28,881 nt of DNA from an uncultured Saprospiraceae bacterium. GTDB taxonomy: Bacteria > Bacteroidota > Bacteroidia > Chitinophagales > Saprospiraceae. The stretch covers positions 1 through 28,881 of the forward strand of contig CAZHZT010000072.1 in NCBI GenBank assembly GCA_964537285.1. The letters are read 5' to 3'. The position numbers and the translations under genes were made by a program. Below the pieces are notes generated by a model, which worked only from the letters and a program-made list of their open reading frames with translations, searched no databases and was not told the origin of the DNA. Below, piece after piece: positions 1 to 10,200 of the stretch (positions are counted from its first letter, which is position 1; each line of letters starts with the position of its first letter).

Positions 1-87
1 TGAATACAGCCTTGATTTTTTGCTACTTTTTTATCAAGAAAAAAGTAGATAAATCACTGATTAACGAATCCTTATATAGGTTTTCTC

Positions 88-128
88 AAAACATGAGTCA
101 TCCCGAAAATTCGGGATGACTCATGTTT
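88..128. terminator. Perfect 17-bp-stem hairpin (aaacatgagtcatcccg-aaaatt-cgggatgactcatgttt). It is one of two copies of a REP-like hairpin family in the window and is probably a bidirectional terminator for a gene upstream of the window.
   Basis: The inverted repeat was read directly. A near-identical copy lies at 22345..22386. Confidence 0.55.
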
Positions 129-174
129 CAATATTAAAATTCCAAACTTGCTCTTACAAGCAAACAACTTTACT

Positions 175-182
175 TATTTTTG
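175..182 (+). promoter_or_regulatory. Candidate Bacteroidota-type -7 box (TATTTTTG fits TAnnTTTG), 32 nt upstream of the ATG at 214. A TTG at 148-150 could be the -33 element, but the spacing is slightly long.
   Basis: Match to the published Bacteroidetes sigma-A -7 consensus TAnnTTTG. This is a motif match only. Confidence 0.3.
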
Positions 183-213
183 CAGCTAAAAGTAGTAAAG
201 AACGAGGATTGTT

Positions 214-633
214 ATGGAAAATGAATTTGAAAAACTAGTAGCCGTCAGCGGTCTATCCGGCATATACAGGATGGTTGCTAATCGCAGTAATGGCCTTATC
301 ATAGAAGATATTGACAACGGGAAACGTCGTTTTGCGCCTTCTCGCAAGCATCAATTCACCCCGCTTGCATCCATTGGTATTTATACCGACGATGGAGACA
401 CAGTAGAACTCATCAAAGTGCTTCAAATCATAAAAGATAAGGAAGAGGAGGTTCCCTTAGCAGAACTTGATGACGGCCCGGATGTACTCCGTGCTTATTT
501 TGCGGAAATTTTGCCCAACTTTGACCGCGATCAGGTTTATATCAGCGATATTAAAAAAGTAATAAAGTGGTATGCATTCCTGGCGGAAAGAGATATGATC
601 CCAGAGGAAACCGCTGCAGGAGAGGAGGAATAG
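214..633 (+). CDS. Conserved hypothetical protein, DUF5606-like (139 aa)
   Basis: ATG-initiated ORF preceded by a candidate promoter. The N-terminal pattern 'VSGLSGIYRMV...GLIIEDIDNGKRRF...IGIYTDDG' resembles the conserved Bacteroidota DUF5606 family as I remember it. The C-terminus is acidic. Confidence 0.7.
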   Translation: MENEFEKLVAVSGLSGIYRMVANRSNGLIIEDIDNGKRRFAPSRKHQFTPLASIGIYTDDGDTVELIKVLQIIKDKEEEVPLAELDDGPDVLRAYFAEILPNFDRDQVYISDIKKVIKWYAFLAERDMIPEETAAGEEE

Positions 634-674
634 TAAATTCATCTAATACACTATAACCTAAGTCAACAGAGTAC

Positions 675-1244
675 TTAGTAGACTTCCTTCACTTTTTCTT
701 GTAAAAAAGGTAAAACTTCATCCTCAAACCAAGGATTTTTTCTCAGCCATATATTATTTCTAGGAGAAGGGTGAGGTAATGGAAGGTATTCAGGGAGGTA
801 CGTTCTAAAGTTTTTTACCGTTTCGGTAAGTGTTTTCTTTTTCTTATTTCCTAAGTAGTATGCTTGTGAATAACTACCGATCAATAGGACCAGTTCTAAA
901 TGAGGCATTGCTTTGAAAAGTCTTTCATGCCATAAAGGCGCACATTCTTTGCGCGGAGGTAAATCACCTGATTTCCCTTTCCCCGGATAGCAAAAACCCA
1001 TAGGGATAAGAGCAAAGATTTCAGGCTTATAGAAAATCGCTTTATCAACATTTAACCAATCTCGCAAACGCTCACCACTCTTGTCATCCCACGGAATACC
1101 CGTTCGGTGTACAATGCTTCCGGGAGCCTGGCCAACAATTGCGATCTTGCTCAGCTTGCTTGCCGATAGTACAGGATTTACTCCATCTACTAAAAAAGGT
1201 AGGCAAACTTTGCATTGGTGTATTTCAGTGAGCAGGGCTTTCAT
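675..1244 (-). CDS. Uracil-DNA glycosylase superfamily protein (family 4/5-like). The start is taken at the internal ATG (MKALLTEI...) rather than the ORF-track ATG at 1310.
   Basis: Motif A-like 'IVGQAPG' and motif B-like 'HPSPRN', plus a 'WDDKSGERLRDWL' region typical of UDG family 4/5 proteins. The 1310 start would overlap the upstream gene by 50 nt. The 1244 start leaves a 17-nt gap after the TIGR02757 gene. Confidence 0.7.
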   Translation of the reverse strand: MKALLTEIHQCKVCLPFLVDGVNPVLSASKLSKIAIVGQAPGSIVHRTGIPWDDKSGERLRDWLNVDKAIFYKPEIFALIPMGFCYPGKGKSGDLPPRKECAPLWHERLFKAMPHLELVLLIGSYSQAYYLGNKKKKTLTETVKNFRTYLPEYLPLPHPSPRNNIWLRKNPWFEDEVLPFLQEKVKEVY

Positions 1245-1260
1245 AATTAGTGATATTACA

Positions 1261-2088
1261 TTAAATTGATTTACTCTCATCCATCCCGATACCAAATAGC
1301 GCAAAATCATATTTCACAGGATCTGCTGCATCAAACGCCCTCACCGCTTCTGTAAGCTCAAGCGTAGCTTGCCAGTCCGATTGCTTCCTCTTTAACAAAC
1401 CAAGCGCTCGAGCTGTATTTCCCACATGTACATCCAAAGGCATCAGCAATTGATGGGGTTTTATGCTGTCCCAAACTCCAAAATCGACCCCTCGATCATC
1501 TTTGCGAACCATCCAGCGTAAAAACATATTCAGACGTTTGCAGGAAGACTTCCGGAGTGGAGTAGCAACATGCTTTTTTGTTCGTTCCGGAGCATAAGGC
1601 AAGGAGAAAAAATCCTGATGAAACCCTACCAAAGCAGCCTCGACAGTTTCAGAGCCGGGTGATAAATGAGAAGCAAATGCTTTTTCCAATGATTCGTGTT
1701 TCCGATAGAAATGTTGTAAAAATTCCAGAAAATAGAGCGTATCAGTGGGCTGAAAAGTGCGATGTTTAAACTCCAGAAAAGCCACCCGATCTTTTTCGGT
1801 ATGTTCTACAATGAACTGATAAGGCATGCCATGCATCAGCTGTACCAATTGCCCGGCTTTATCAATAATGGTTTGGCGGCGGCCCCATGACAGCATGGCA
1901 GTCCAAAAGGCCATTATTTCAATATCCTGAAGCTTGCTAAACTTATGAGGTATGGAAATGGGATCTTTTTGGATAAAGTCAAAATTATTATACTTGCTTA
2001 CGCATGCATCCAGATAATTTTTTAGATATTTGTCGCCTATTTGCTGCATATAGATTCCCTCTAAATCAACCCCTGAATTATAAAACAT
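1261..2088 (-). CDS. TIGR02757/DUF2400-family conserved hypothetical protein (275 aa). An alternative start at the second Met (MQQIGDKY, coordinate 2049) is possible.
   Basis: Long ORF whose sequence character is typical of the Bacteroidota TIGR02757 family (recalled from memory, not searched). It is tail-to-head with the UDG gene, which suggests an operon. Confidence 0.6.
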   Translation of the reverse strand: MFYNSGVDLEGIYMQQIGDKYLKNYLDACVSKYNNFDFIQKDPISIPHKFSKLQDIEIMAFWTAMLSWGRRQTIIDKAGQLVQLMHGMPYQFIVEHTEKDRVAFLEFKHRTFQPTDTLYFLEFLQHFYRKHESLEKAFASHLSPGSETVEAALVGFHQDFFSLPYAPERTKKHVATPLRKSSCKRLNMFLRWMVRKDDRGVDFGVWDSIKPHQLLMPLDVHVGNTARALGLLKRKQSDWQATLELTEAVRAFDAADPVKYDFALFGIGMDESKSI

Positions 2089-2412
2089 TGAATATCAACA
2101 CCAGTTAACATTTATCCCCAGGGCAGCATTTGTTTCTTTTGTAACGTTATTAAAAAGGTTAACAAAAAATTAACATTAAATCATGACAGCAACCCTCTCA
2201 TATACATTAGTTCTGGCAGTTATTCTCATCGGTAGAAAAGCAATCGCTATCCTGGAAAGCGACAAACAGACGCTAAATTAAGTTGCGGTTAAACGGGGAA
2301 ATGTCAACGGGAAACGAATAAACATCTATCCATTCAAAGACTTTCCAGCCTAAACGCCTGGCTGTTTTCAAACGTTGTCCGCTAACCGTTTTCCCTCATA
2401 CCGCAGCATGGG

Positions 2413-3180
2413 TTAGCTGCTCTTTTCGTCTGGCGCATTTTTCTTGTACATGGAAAAATTAGCCAACTTCATTCTTTGCAAAAAATGATTGAAGGAAACC
2501 CGAAGTACTCCAAGTCCATATTTTATACTTCGGGGCAGGTTTATTGATGATGCCTCTTCAAAGTATTTCGTAGGGCAAGTAACTTCAGCAATGTTGAATC
2601 CTGCATAAATGATTTGCGACAGCATTTCATTATCGAACACAAAATCATCAGAATTCCCGTTGAAATTAATGGTCCTGAGCACTTCTCCACTGAAAGCGCG
2701 GTAGCCCGTATGATATTCCGACAGCTTGTAGTTAACCAATAAGTTCTGAACCAGGGTCAGCCCTCTATTGGCAATGTATTTGTAAATGGGCATTCCACCT
2801 TTTAACGCGCCAATCCCTAATATCCTGGAGCCTAAAACAACGGGATATAATTCATCTCCGATTATATTAACCATAGCAGGAATTAGAAGGGGGGTGTATT
2901 GATAATCCGGATGCAACATAATAACGATATCTCCACCAAGCTCCAAAGCTTTATTGTAGAGCGTTTTTTGATTGCCTCCGTACCCTTTGTTCTTTTGATG
3001 CTCAATCACATGATGGATACCGATCTTTTTAGCTAATTCAGCCGTATCGTCCTTGCTGGCATCATCACATAATATGACCTCATCCACCAGATCAAAAGGA
3101 ATCTCTTTGTATGTTTTTTCCAATGTCTTGGCAGCATTATATGCGGGCAGAACGACGATAACTTTTTTATTCTTATACAT
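2413..3180 (-). CDS. Family-2 glycosyltransferase (polyprenol-phosphate sugar transferase-like; 255 aa)
   Basis: N-terminal 'KVIVVLPAYNAAKTLEKT...DEVILCDDASKDDT' is the classic GT-A / GT2 DxD-containing fold. The C-terminal part resembles DPM1/ArnC-like transferases. Confidence 0.85.
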   Translation of the reverse strand: MYKNKKVIVVLPAYNAAKTLEKTYKEIPFDLVDEVILCDDASKDDTAELAKKIGIHHVIEHQKNKGYGGNQKTLYNKALELGGDIVIMLHPDYQYTPLLIPAMVNIIGDELYPVVLGSRILGIGALKGGMPIYKYIANRGLTLVQNLLVNYKLSEYHTGYRAFSGEVLRTINFNGNSDDFVFDNEMLSQIIYAGFNIAEVTCPTKYFEEASSINLPRSIKYGLGVLRVSFNHFLQRMKLANFSMYKKNAPDEKSS

Positions 3181-3360
3181 GCCTATTTAAATTCTTTGCT
3201 GCAAAGATATAAGAACCCGCCATAAATCGATTGATCTCTGCCATCTTGTACGAAAATTCAAATAAATGTCGTTATGGCACAAAGCTTGATCTGTATTAGT
3301 TATTTTTTTTATTTTATCTTGTGAAATTATTTTATTTAAAGAACGAATAGGTTTTCCTTG

Positions 3361-3529
3361 CTAGTGCTTCAGGAACTAAATCCTTGATAGCTTTAGGGGC
3401 GATTTTTTTGGTGGCAAACGAGGCGCGAAGAGGGAGCATAGCCCAAAGCTACGTGACCGATGAGCAACGAAGTAGGCCGCCAAAAGAAGCCTTCAAAAGT
3501 GTCAAGGATTTAGTTCCTGAAGCACTAGG
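3361..3529. repeat. MITE-like element. It has 27-bp perfect terminal inverted repeats (ctagtgcttcaggaactaaatccttga ... tcaaggatttagttcctgaagcactag) around a 115-bp partly self-complementary core. It sits in the divergent GT2/lon promoter region.
   Basis: Inverted repeat read directly: 3361-3387 against 3503-3529. Confidence 0.6.
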
Positions 3530-3583
3530 GAATGAGATGAATTTTAGTTAAAAAAGAAACTTCTTTTTTGATTATTGATTTGT

Positions 3584-6025
3584 ATGCCTTTCGAATCAAA
3601 GACCAGGATTAGGAATATGTTTGAAGAATTATTTGTACCCTCTAGTTTGGAAGAAGAGTCTGACTTCATGCCAATTTTTTCTATAGATGAAGAAGATGAA
3701 CATGTGGATGAAAGCGAATTGACACATTCCGTCCTACCTGTTTTGGCATTAAAGAATACAGTTCTGTTCCCAGGTATCATTGCTCCAATAACGGTGGGCC
3801 GCGACAAATCGCTCAAAGCTATTAACAAAGCCTACAATTCAGAAAGACTCATCGGAGTCCTTTCTCAAAAAGATAGTGACCTGGAAGAACCAGAAATCGA
3901 TGACCTCTACAGAGTAGGAACTGTAGCCCGAATCGTTAAATTACTCAAAATGCCAGATGGCACAGCAACGGCCATATTGCAAGGGCGCAAGCGATTCAAA
4001 TTAGATGAAGTACTTTTTGAAGAACCATACATCAATGGTCGTATAAGCTTCCTTGACTACGCTCCGGTATCCAATGAACTGGAATTCGAAGCACTGCTTT
4101 CTTCCATAAAAGATATGGCCAGAAAAATTATCGAGCTCTCCCCAAATATTCCTTCTGAAGCAATCGTAATGCTCGATAATATTTCCCAGAGTTATTTCTT
4201 GTTGAACTTTATCGCCTCCAACCTTGGGGTCAATGTACGCAAAAAGCAAGCTATCCTTGAGCAAAATGATTTGCTTGAAAAAGCCAAGGACATCCTCAAC
4301 CACATGGATAATGAACTTCAACTACTGGAGTTAAAAGGGCAAATCGAGGCCAAAGTCCGGGGAGATATCGAAAAACAACAACGCGATTATTTCCTTAACC
4401 AACAGCTCAAAACCATTCAGGAAGAACTGGGGCAGAACCCCCAGGAGGAAGAAATTGTCAACCTCATTGAAAGAGGAAAAAAGAAAAAATGGCCCGCTGA
4501 AGTCAAGAAAGTATTCGAAAAAGAGATCAACAAAATTAAACGCACCAATCCTCAAGTAGCTGAATACAGCGTTTTACTCAATTATGTCGAGTTACTTCTC
4601 GATCTACCCTGGGAAGACTATACAAAAGATAATTTTAACCTCAAAAAAGTACAAAACGTACTGGACAAAGATCATTATGGGCTCGAAAAAGTTAAAGAGC
4701 GCATCCTGGAACACCTGGCCGTACTTAAACTTAAAGGGGATATGAAGGCCCCGATTGTATGCCTGGTCGGGCCTCCCGGCGTGGGAAAAACTTCTTTGGG
4801 CAAATCTATTGCAAAAGCGCTGAAGCGAAAGTTTGTGCGCATGTCTCTCGGTGGCCTGCACGATGAATCGGAAATTCGTGGGCACCGGAAAACATACATA
4901 GGAGCAATGCCTGGCCGTATCATTCAATCTTTGAAAAAAGCCCAATCTTCCAATCCGGTATTTATATTAGATGAAATTGATAAAGTAGGTAAAGATTTTA
5001 GAGGAGACCCCTCTTCTGCTTTGCTCGAAGTACTTGATCCGGAACAAAACACCCATTTCTCAGATAACTACCTGGAAATTGAATACGATCTCTCAAAAGT
5101 TCTTTTCATTGCCACCGCTAACTCCTTGAGCACCATTCAACCGGCTCTTCTTGATCGAATGGAAATTATAGAAATCAATGGCTACTCCGCTGAAGAGAAA
5201 GTCGAAATAGCCAAAAGACACTTAATCCCCAAACAGCGTAAAGAACATGGATTAGACGGGCAGCACGTGCGCTTCAAAAACGAGATCATCGCTAAAATAA
5301 TTGCAGACTACACCAGAGAGTCGGGTGTGCGTTCATTAGATCGAACCATGGCTGCCGTAATGCGCAATATCGCTAAAAAAGTGGCCATGGAGGAAACGTA
5401 TTCGATAACCATTCGCGAAGAGGAGTTGAAAGACATTCTGGGCGCTCCTAAGTTTTCTGCCGATTTATATCAAGAACAACAACCTTATGGCGTTGCTATC
5501 GGTTTGGCATGGACTCGAGTGGGCGGCGATATCCTTTTCATCGAAGTGAGCTTGAGTAAAGGAAAAGGCAAACTAACCCTGACGGGAAATTTGGGCGATG
5601 TGATGAAAGAATCTGCCACTACCGCCCTTAGCTACCTGAAATCAAATAGCGAAGCTCTTGGTATTCCATCCAAATCTTTTGAAGAAACGGATATCCACGT
5701 TCACGTGCCACAGGGAGCTATTCCTAAAGATGGTCCATCTGCAGGAATCACCATGCTGTCAGCTTTGGCCTCAGCGTTCAATAAGAAATCCATCAAGCCC
5801 TTTCTGGCTATGACGGGAGAGATCACCCTCAGAGGAAAGGTCCTGCCGGTCGGTGGCATCAAAGAAAAGATCCTGGCAGCAAAACGGGCAGGTATCAATG
5901 AAATCATTCTTTGTAAAGAAAATAAAAAGGATATTGAGGAAATTAACGAGGAGTATATTAAAGACCTGAACTTTCAATATGTTGATAATATGCAGGAAGT
6001 GTTGGATATAGCAGTCGGGTTTTAA
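3584..6025 (+). CDS. lon: ATP-dependent Lon protease (LonA). The first ATG is used. The ORF-track start at 3575 is a TTG.
   Basis: LON N-domain '[23 protein letters not shown]', Walker A '[15 protein letters not shown]', Walker B 'FILDEIDK', and the catalytic-serine motif '[11 protein letters not shown]' near the C-terminus. Confidence 0.95.
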   Translation: MPFESKTRIRNMFEELFVPSSLEEESDFMPIFSIDEEDEHVDESELTHSVLPVLALKNTVLFPGIIAPITVGRDKSLKAINKAYNSERLIGVLSQKDSDLEEPEIDDLYRVGTVARIVKLLKMPDGTATAILQGRKRFKLDEVLFEEPYINGRISFLDYAPVSNELEFEALLSSIKDMARKIIELSPNIPSEAIVMLDNISQSYFLLNFIASNLGVNVRKKQAILEQNDLLEKAKDILNHMDNELQLLELKGQIEAKVRGDIEKQQRDYFLNQQLKTIQEELGQNPQEEEIVNLIERGKKKKWPAEVKKVFEKEINKIKRTNPQVAEYSVLLNYVELLLDLPWEDYTKDNFNLKKVQNVLDKDHYGLEKVKERILEHLAVLKLKGDMKAPIVCLVGPPGVGKTSLGKSIAKALKRKFVRMSLGGLHDESEIRGHRKTYIGAMPGRIIQSLKKAQSSNPVFILDEIDKVGKDFRGDPSSALLEVLDPEQNTHFSDNYLEIEYDLSKVLFIATANSLSTIQPALLDRMEIIEINGYSAEEKVEIAKRHLIPKQRKEHGLDGQHVRFKNEIIAKIIADYTRESGVRSLDRTMAAVMRNIAKKVAMEETYSITIREEELKDILGAPKFSADLYQEQQPYGVAIGLAWTRVGGDILFIEVSLSKGKGKLTLTGNLGDVMKESATTALSYLKSNSEALGIPSKSFEETDIHVHVPQGAIPKDGPSAGITMLSALASAFNKKSIKPFLAMTGEITLRGKVLPVGGIKEKILAAKRAGINEIILCKENKKDIEEINEEYIKDLNFQYVDNMQEVLDIAVGF

Positions 6026-6146
6026 GTTAAATTTAACCCTCATTATACAACTAATTACAGTTATTGGAGAACTTTCTCTCTGGAAACACTTTATATTTTA
6101 TGAGTTGAAGAGGTTGAAAGCGTTTAGAAAGTTGGTAAAACATCTT

Positions 6147-6182
6147 TCTAAATACTCTAAACTCCCTAAATACCCTAAACTC
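6147..6182. repeat. Four tandem 9-mers (tctaaatac tctaaactc cctaaatac cctaaactc) downstream of lon and about 185 bp upstream of the next gene. Next to it is a short AT-rich hairpin (tttagaaag...ctttctaaa, 6124-6153).
   Basis: Read directly from the sequence. Confidence 0.5.
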
Positions 6183-6365
6183 ATTAGACTTTATTCTGAA
6201 ATCGTTTTATGAGCAAAAAAGGAAGGGTTTTGATTCCAATCAAGGAATGGCCGCAGCCTAATAGCCTGAGCTATCAAGGCGAGGACAAGACGCAGAGCGG
6301 AACCTAATGACACCTTTCTTGCCGTAAACTATTTCAAAATAAAGTCTATTATACAAAAGAATATT

Positions 6366-7013
6366 ATGTATATAAGATTAACGTCGCTTTGCTTTACAAT
6401 TTGCTTCCTGTTGGCCAGCCTGAATATATCTGCCCAGAATAATGAACCTGAATTGGTGCAATTCTCGGGAATGGTTCTGGATGGCTCAGATGTACAGCTA
6501 TATCCAATACCTTTTACCAATGTCATCGTAAAAGGAAAAGGCAGGGGTACCTTCACGGATTTCAGAGGGTTTTTCTCTATTGTAGTGGAAAAAGGCGACG
6601 TAATTGAATTTTCTTCTGTTGGCTATAAAAATATCGAATTCATCATTCCGGACACTTTTGCCAATGACCGCTATTCCGTTGTACAACTAATGACCAGGGA
6701 TGTGGTAAACTTACCTGAAACGGTGGTCTTCCCCTGGCCTAGCCGCGAACACTTCAAAGTCGAATTCCTGGCGATGGATGTCACTAGTGAAATGCAAGAA
6801 CGGGCCCTGGAAAACCTTGCTAAAGAATCTCTTGACAGAATGCGTAATCAGGTCCCATCAGATGGCAATGAAGCTGCTGACTTCTATTTGCGGCGTCAAG
6901 CCAGCAATTATTACTACATAGGCCAAACGCCTCCAATGAACATTTTTAACCCAAGAGCCTGGGCTGACTTCTTTAAATCATGGAAAAACGGCGACTTTAA
7001 AAAGAAAGAGTAA
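6366..7013 (+). CDS. Secreted protein with a carboxypeptidase-regulatory-like (CarbopepD_reg) beta-sandwich domain (215 aa)
   Basis: Signal peptide ending '...NISAQ'. 'FSGMVLDG...PIPFTNVIVKGKGRGTFTDFRGFFSIVVEKGDVIEFSSVGYK' matches the CarboxypepD_reg fold found at the N-termini of SusC/TonB receptors. Confidence 0.7.
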   Translation: MYIRLTSLCFTICFLLASLNISAQNNEPELVQFSGMVLDGSDVQLYPIPFTNVIVKGKGRGTFTDFRGFFSIVVEKGDVIEFSSVGYKNIEFIIPDTFANDRYSVVQLMTRDVVNLPETVVFPWPSREHFKVEFLAMDVTSEMQERALENLAKESLDRMRNQVPSDGNEAADFYLRRQASNYYYIGQTPPMNIFNPRAWADFFKSWKNGDFKKKE

Positions 7014-7063
7014 CCTACGCGAGGAGGTATTTCATTTTGTCGCTTTGAGAAGGTGTTTTCTTT

Positions 7064-7095
7064 GGAGAGAGGCACGCGGCCGCGTGCCTCTCTCC
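7064..7095. terminator. GC-rich perfect palindrome (ggagagaggcacgcggccgcgtgcctctctcc), a likely bidirectional rho-independent terminator. It is nested inside an outer inverted repeat (7028-7043 / 7122-7137) built from the motif atttcattttgtcgc.
   Basis: Palindrome with T-rich sequence on both flanks. The outer arms share a 15/16-mer with 24281-24296. Confidence 0.6.
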
Positions 7096-7280
7096 AAAAA
7101 TAATCTTTTCTCTTGCAGGTAGTGACAAAATGAAATGAACCGATGCGAGGAGAGGGGCTTTGTTCAGAATGTTGTCTAACTTAGTTTACAGAGAATTACG
7201 TTTTCCCAAACTAAATTTGGACCTTTGTGTTCTAATGTTGAATAATTCTGTTTTTTACATTTTAAAATACGGAAAGCCTT

Positions 7281-10200
7281 ATGACGCCCGCACAACCTTA
7301 CCAGCCTAAGCACAAAGTACGTCTTGTTACAGCTGCTTCCCTATTCGACGGCCATGATGCCGCTATTAACATCATGCGCCGAATCATGCAACGATCTGGT
7401 GCCGAAATAATACATCTTGGCCACAACCGATCCGTCAGAGAAATTGTCGATACGGCGATTCAGGAGGATGTTCAAGGCATTGCCATCACTTCCTATCAAG
7501 GTGGTCATGTGGAATACCTGAAATATATGTATGACCTGCTAAGAGAAAAAGGAGCCGGCCATATAAAAATATTTGGCGGCGGCGGTGGGACCATATTACC
7601 CTCTGAAATCGAAGAACTGCACACCTACGGCATCGATAGAATATACTCCCCTGACGATGGCCGTGAAATGGGGCTTCAAGGAATGATCAATGATGTCCTT
7701 CAAAATTGCGACTTCCCGACCGGTGTCAACCTGAATGGGGAACTAAAAGCATTTACAAGCAAAAACCCTAAAGCTATCGCGCGGATGATCTCGGCCATCG
7801 AGAATTTTCCAGATGAAAACCAGGAATGGCTCGTAAACATGCAAACAGAAATAAGAAAAAATCAGAAAACCATTCCGGTCCTGGGCATTACCGGAACAGG
7901 TGGAGCGGGAAAATCCAGCTTAGTCGATGAATTGGTTCGCCGTTTCCTGATCGATTTTGAAGATAAAACCATTGCCGTCGTTTCCGTTGATCCTTCCAAA
8001 AGAAAAACCGGAGGTGCTCTGCTGGGAGACCGGATCCGCATGAACGCCATCAGCAATGACCGGGTCTATATGCGTTCCCTGGCTACTCGCCAGTCTAATC
8101 TTGCGCTTTCTAAACATGTTCAAGGCGCAGTGGATATTTTAAAAGCCGCTCAGTTCGACTTGATCATCCTGGAAACCTCCGGTATCGGACAATCTGACAC
8201 GGAAATTGTCGACCATTCTGATGTTTCACTATATGTAATGACCCCGGAATACGGGGCAGCTACCCAGCTCGAAAAAATTGATATGCTGGATTTCGCTAAC
8301 ATTATTGCGATCAACAAATTCGATAAACGCGGAGCCTTGGATGCACTCCGAGACGTTAAGAAACAATATAAGCGCAATCACGGCCTCTGGGACACACCCA
8401 ATGAAGATATACCTGTTTTTGGCACTATCGCTTCTCAGTTCAACGACCCGGGGATGAATACCCTCTACCGGGTTATCATGGATAAATTAGTGGAAAAAAC
8501 CCAGGCTGACCTGCCTTCTAATTATTTGGTCAGCAAGGAAATGAGTGAAAAAATCTATATAATCCCTCCCAATCGAACACGCTACCTTTCTGAAATTTCT
8601 GAGAACAATCGCAACTATGATAAATTCGTAGAAAAACAAGAGGAGATTGCACGTAAGCTCTTCAGCTTGAAAAACGCTATCGATGCACTTAATGAGCAGG
8701 AAATCGACCATAAAGAAACGGTCATTCAAAGCCTTGAAAAACGATACAATGACCTGGAACTGGATATCAATGGTGATGCCAAGCGTATCCTGGATGGCTG
8801 GGAAGAGAAAAAAGCTGCTTATGCCGGGGATGAATTTATATACAAAGTCAGAAACAAAGAAATCAGAGTACCTACTTTCACTACCTCATTGTCGCATTCG
8901 CGTATTCCCAGAGTAATCCTTCCTAAATTCAAAGATTGGGGAGAGATCATTCGCTGGGCTATGCAGGAAAATGTTCCTGGCGAGTTTCCTTACACAGCTG
9001 GTGTTTTCCCCTTCAAGCGCAAAGGAGAAGATCCAACCCGTATGTTCGCAGGAGAAGGCGGGCCTGAAAGAACGAATCGCCGTTTTCATTACCTCTCCTA
9101 TGATATGCCGGCAAATCGCCTTTCTACAGCCTTCGATTCGGTAACACTTTATGGCGAAGACCCCGATCATCGTCCCGATATATATGGTAAAATTGGTAAT
9201 TCAGGGGTGAGCGTTTGCTGCCTGGATGATGCTAAAAAGCTATACTCCGGTTTTGATCTTTGCGACCCGAAAACTTCAGTCTCCATGACCATAAATGGTC
9301 CGGCAGCTACCATTTGCGCTTTCTTCATGAATGCAGCTATTGATCAACAATGCGAGCGATACATTATTGAAAATGGCTTACAAGATAAAGTTGAGGCAAA
9401 GCTCAAGGAATTATACGATGATAAAAACCTGCCAAGGCCACAATACAGAGGGGATATTCCGCAAGGCAACAACAAATTAGGGCTTTTACTTTTGGGAATC
9501 TCCGGAGATCAGGTTTTAGATGAGCCAGTTTACAAAGAACTCAAAGCTAAAGCCCTTTCGGCCGTTAGAGGTACCGTACAGGCTGATATATTGAAGGAGG
9601 ATCAAGCTCAAAATACTTGTATTTTCTCTACAGAGTTTTCATTGAAATTAATGGGAGATGTACAGGAATACTTTATCCAAAACAAGGTTCGGAACTTCTA
9701 TTCCGTATCCATTTCCGGTTACCATATAGCAGAGGCCGGAGCTAATCCGATTAGCCAACTTGCCTTTACCTTAGCAAACGGATTCACCTTTGTCGAGTAT
9801 TACCTAAGCCGCGGAATGAATATTGACGACTTCGCCCCTAATTTATCTTTCTTCTTCTCCAATGGCGTGGATCCGGAATATGCTGTGATTGGCCGCGTTG
9901 CCAGAAGGATATGGGCAAAAGCCTTAAAACATAAATACGGTGCTAACGAACGCTCTCAAAAACTTAAATACCATATTCAGACTTCCGGTCGCTCCCTTCA
10001 TGCTCAGGAAATCAGCTTCAACGATATACGAACAACCCTACAAGCATTATATGCTATTTATGACAACTGCAACTCTTTGCATACCAACGCTTATGATGAG
10101 GCCATCACTACACCCACAGAAGAAAGTGTGCGCCGCGCAGTAGCGATTCAGATGATCATTAACCATGAACTGGGATTAGCCAAAAACGAAAATCCATTAC

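Noticed and set aside
1081-1310. 62-aa plus-strand ORF and the upstream extension of the UDG ORF to the ATG at 1310
   Set aside because: The plus ORF is embedded antisense in the UDG gene. The 1310 start would overlap the upstream TIGR02757 gene by 50 nt and adds a non-conserved-looking 22-aa leader. The internal ATG at 1244 gives a clean 17-nt spacer.
2183-2281. 32-aa hydrophobic ORF (MTATLSYTLVLAVILIGRKAIAILESDKQTLN) in the spacer between two minus-strand genes
   Set aside because: It could be a small membrane peptide, but it lies where the TIGR02757 gene promoter should be and is too short to support without conservation data.
3575-3583. TTG start for lon from the ORF track (MICMPF...)
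   Set aside because: An ATG follows 9 nt downstream (3584, MPFESK...). Neither has a strong RBS, which is normal for Bacteroidota, so the ATG is preferred. The later Met at 3617 (MFEELF) is a further alternative.
4001-4945. Minus-strand ORFs of 74-113 aa inside lon
   Set aside because: They lie entirely within a high-confidence conserved gene on the other strand and have no recognisable motifs.
6191-6289. 32-aa ORF (MSKKGRVLIPIKEWPQ...) downstream of lon
   Set aside because: It has no hydrophobic or other recognisable character and probably arises by chance in an intergenic region.
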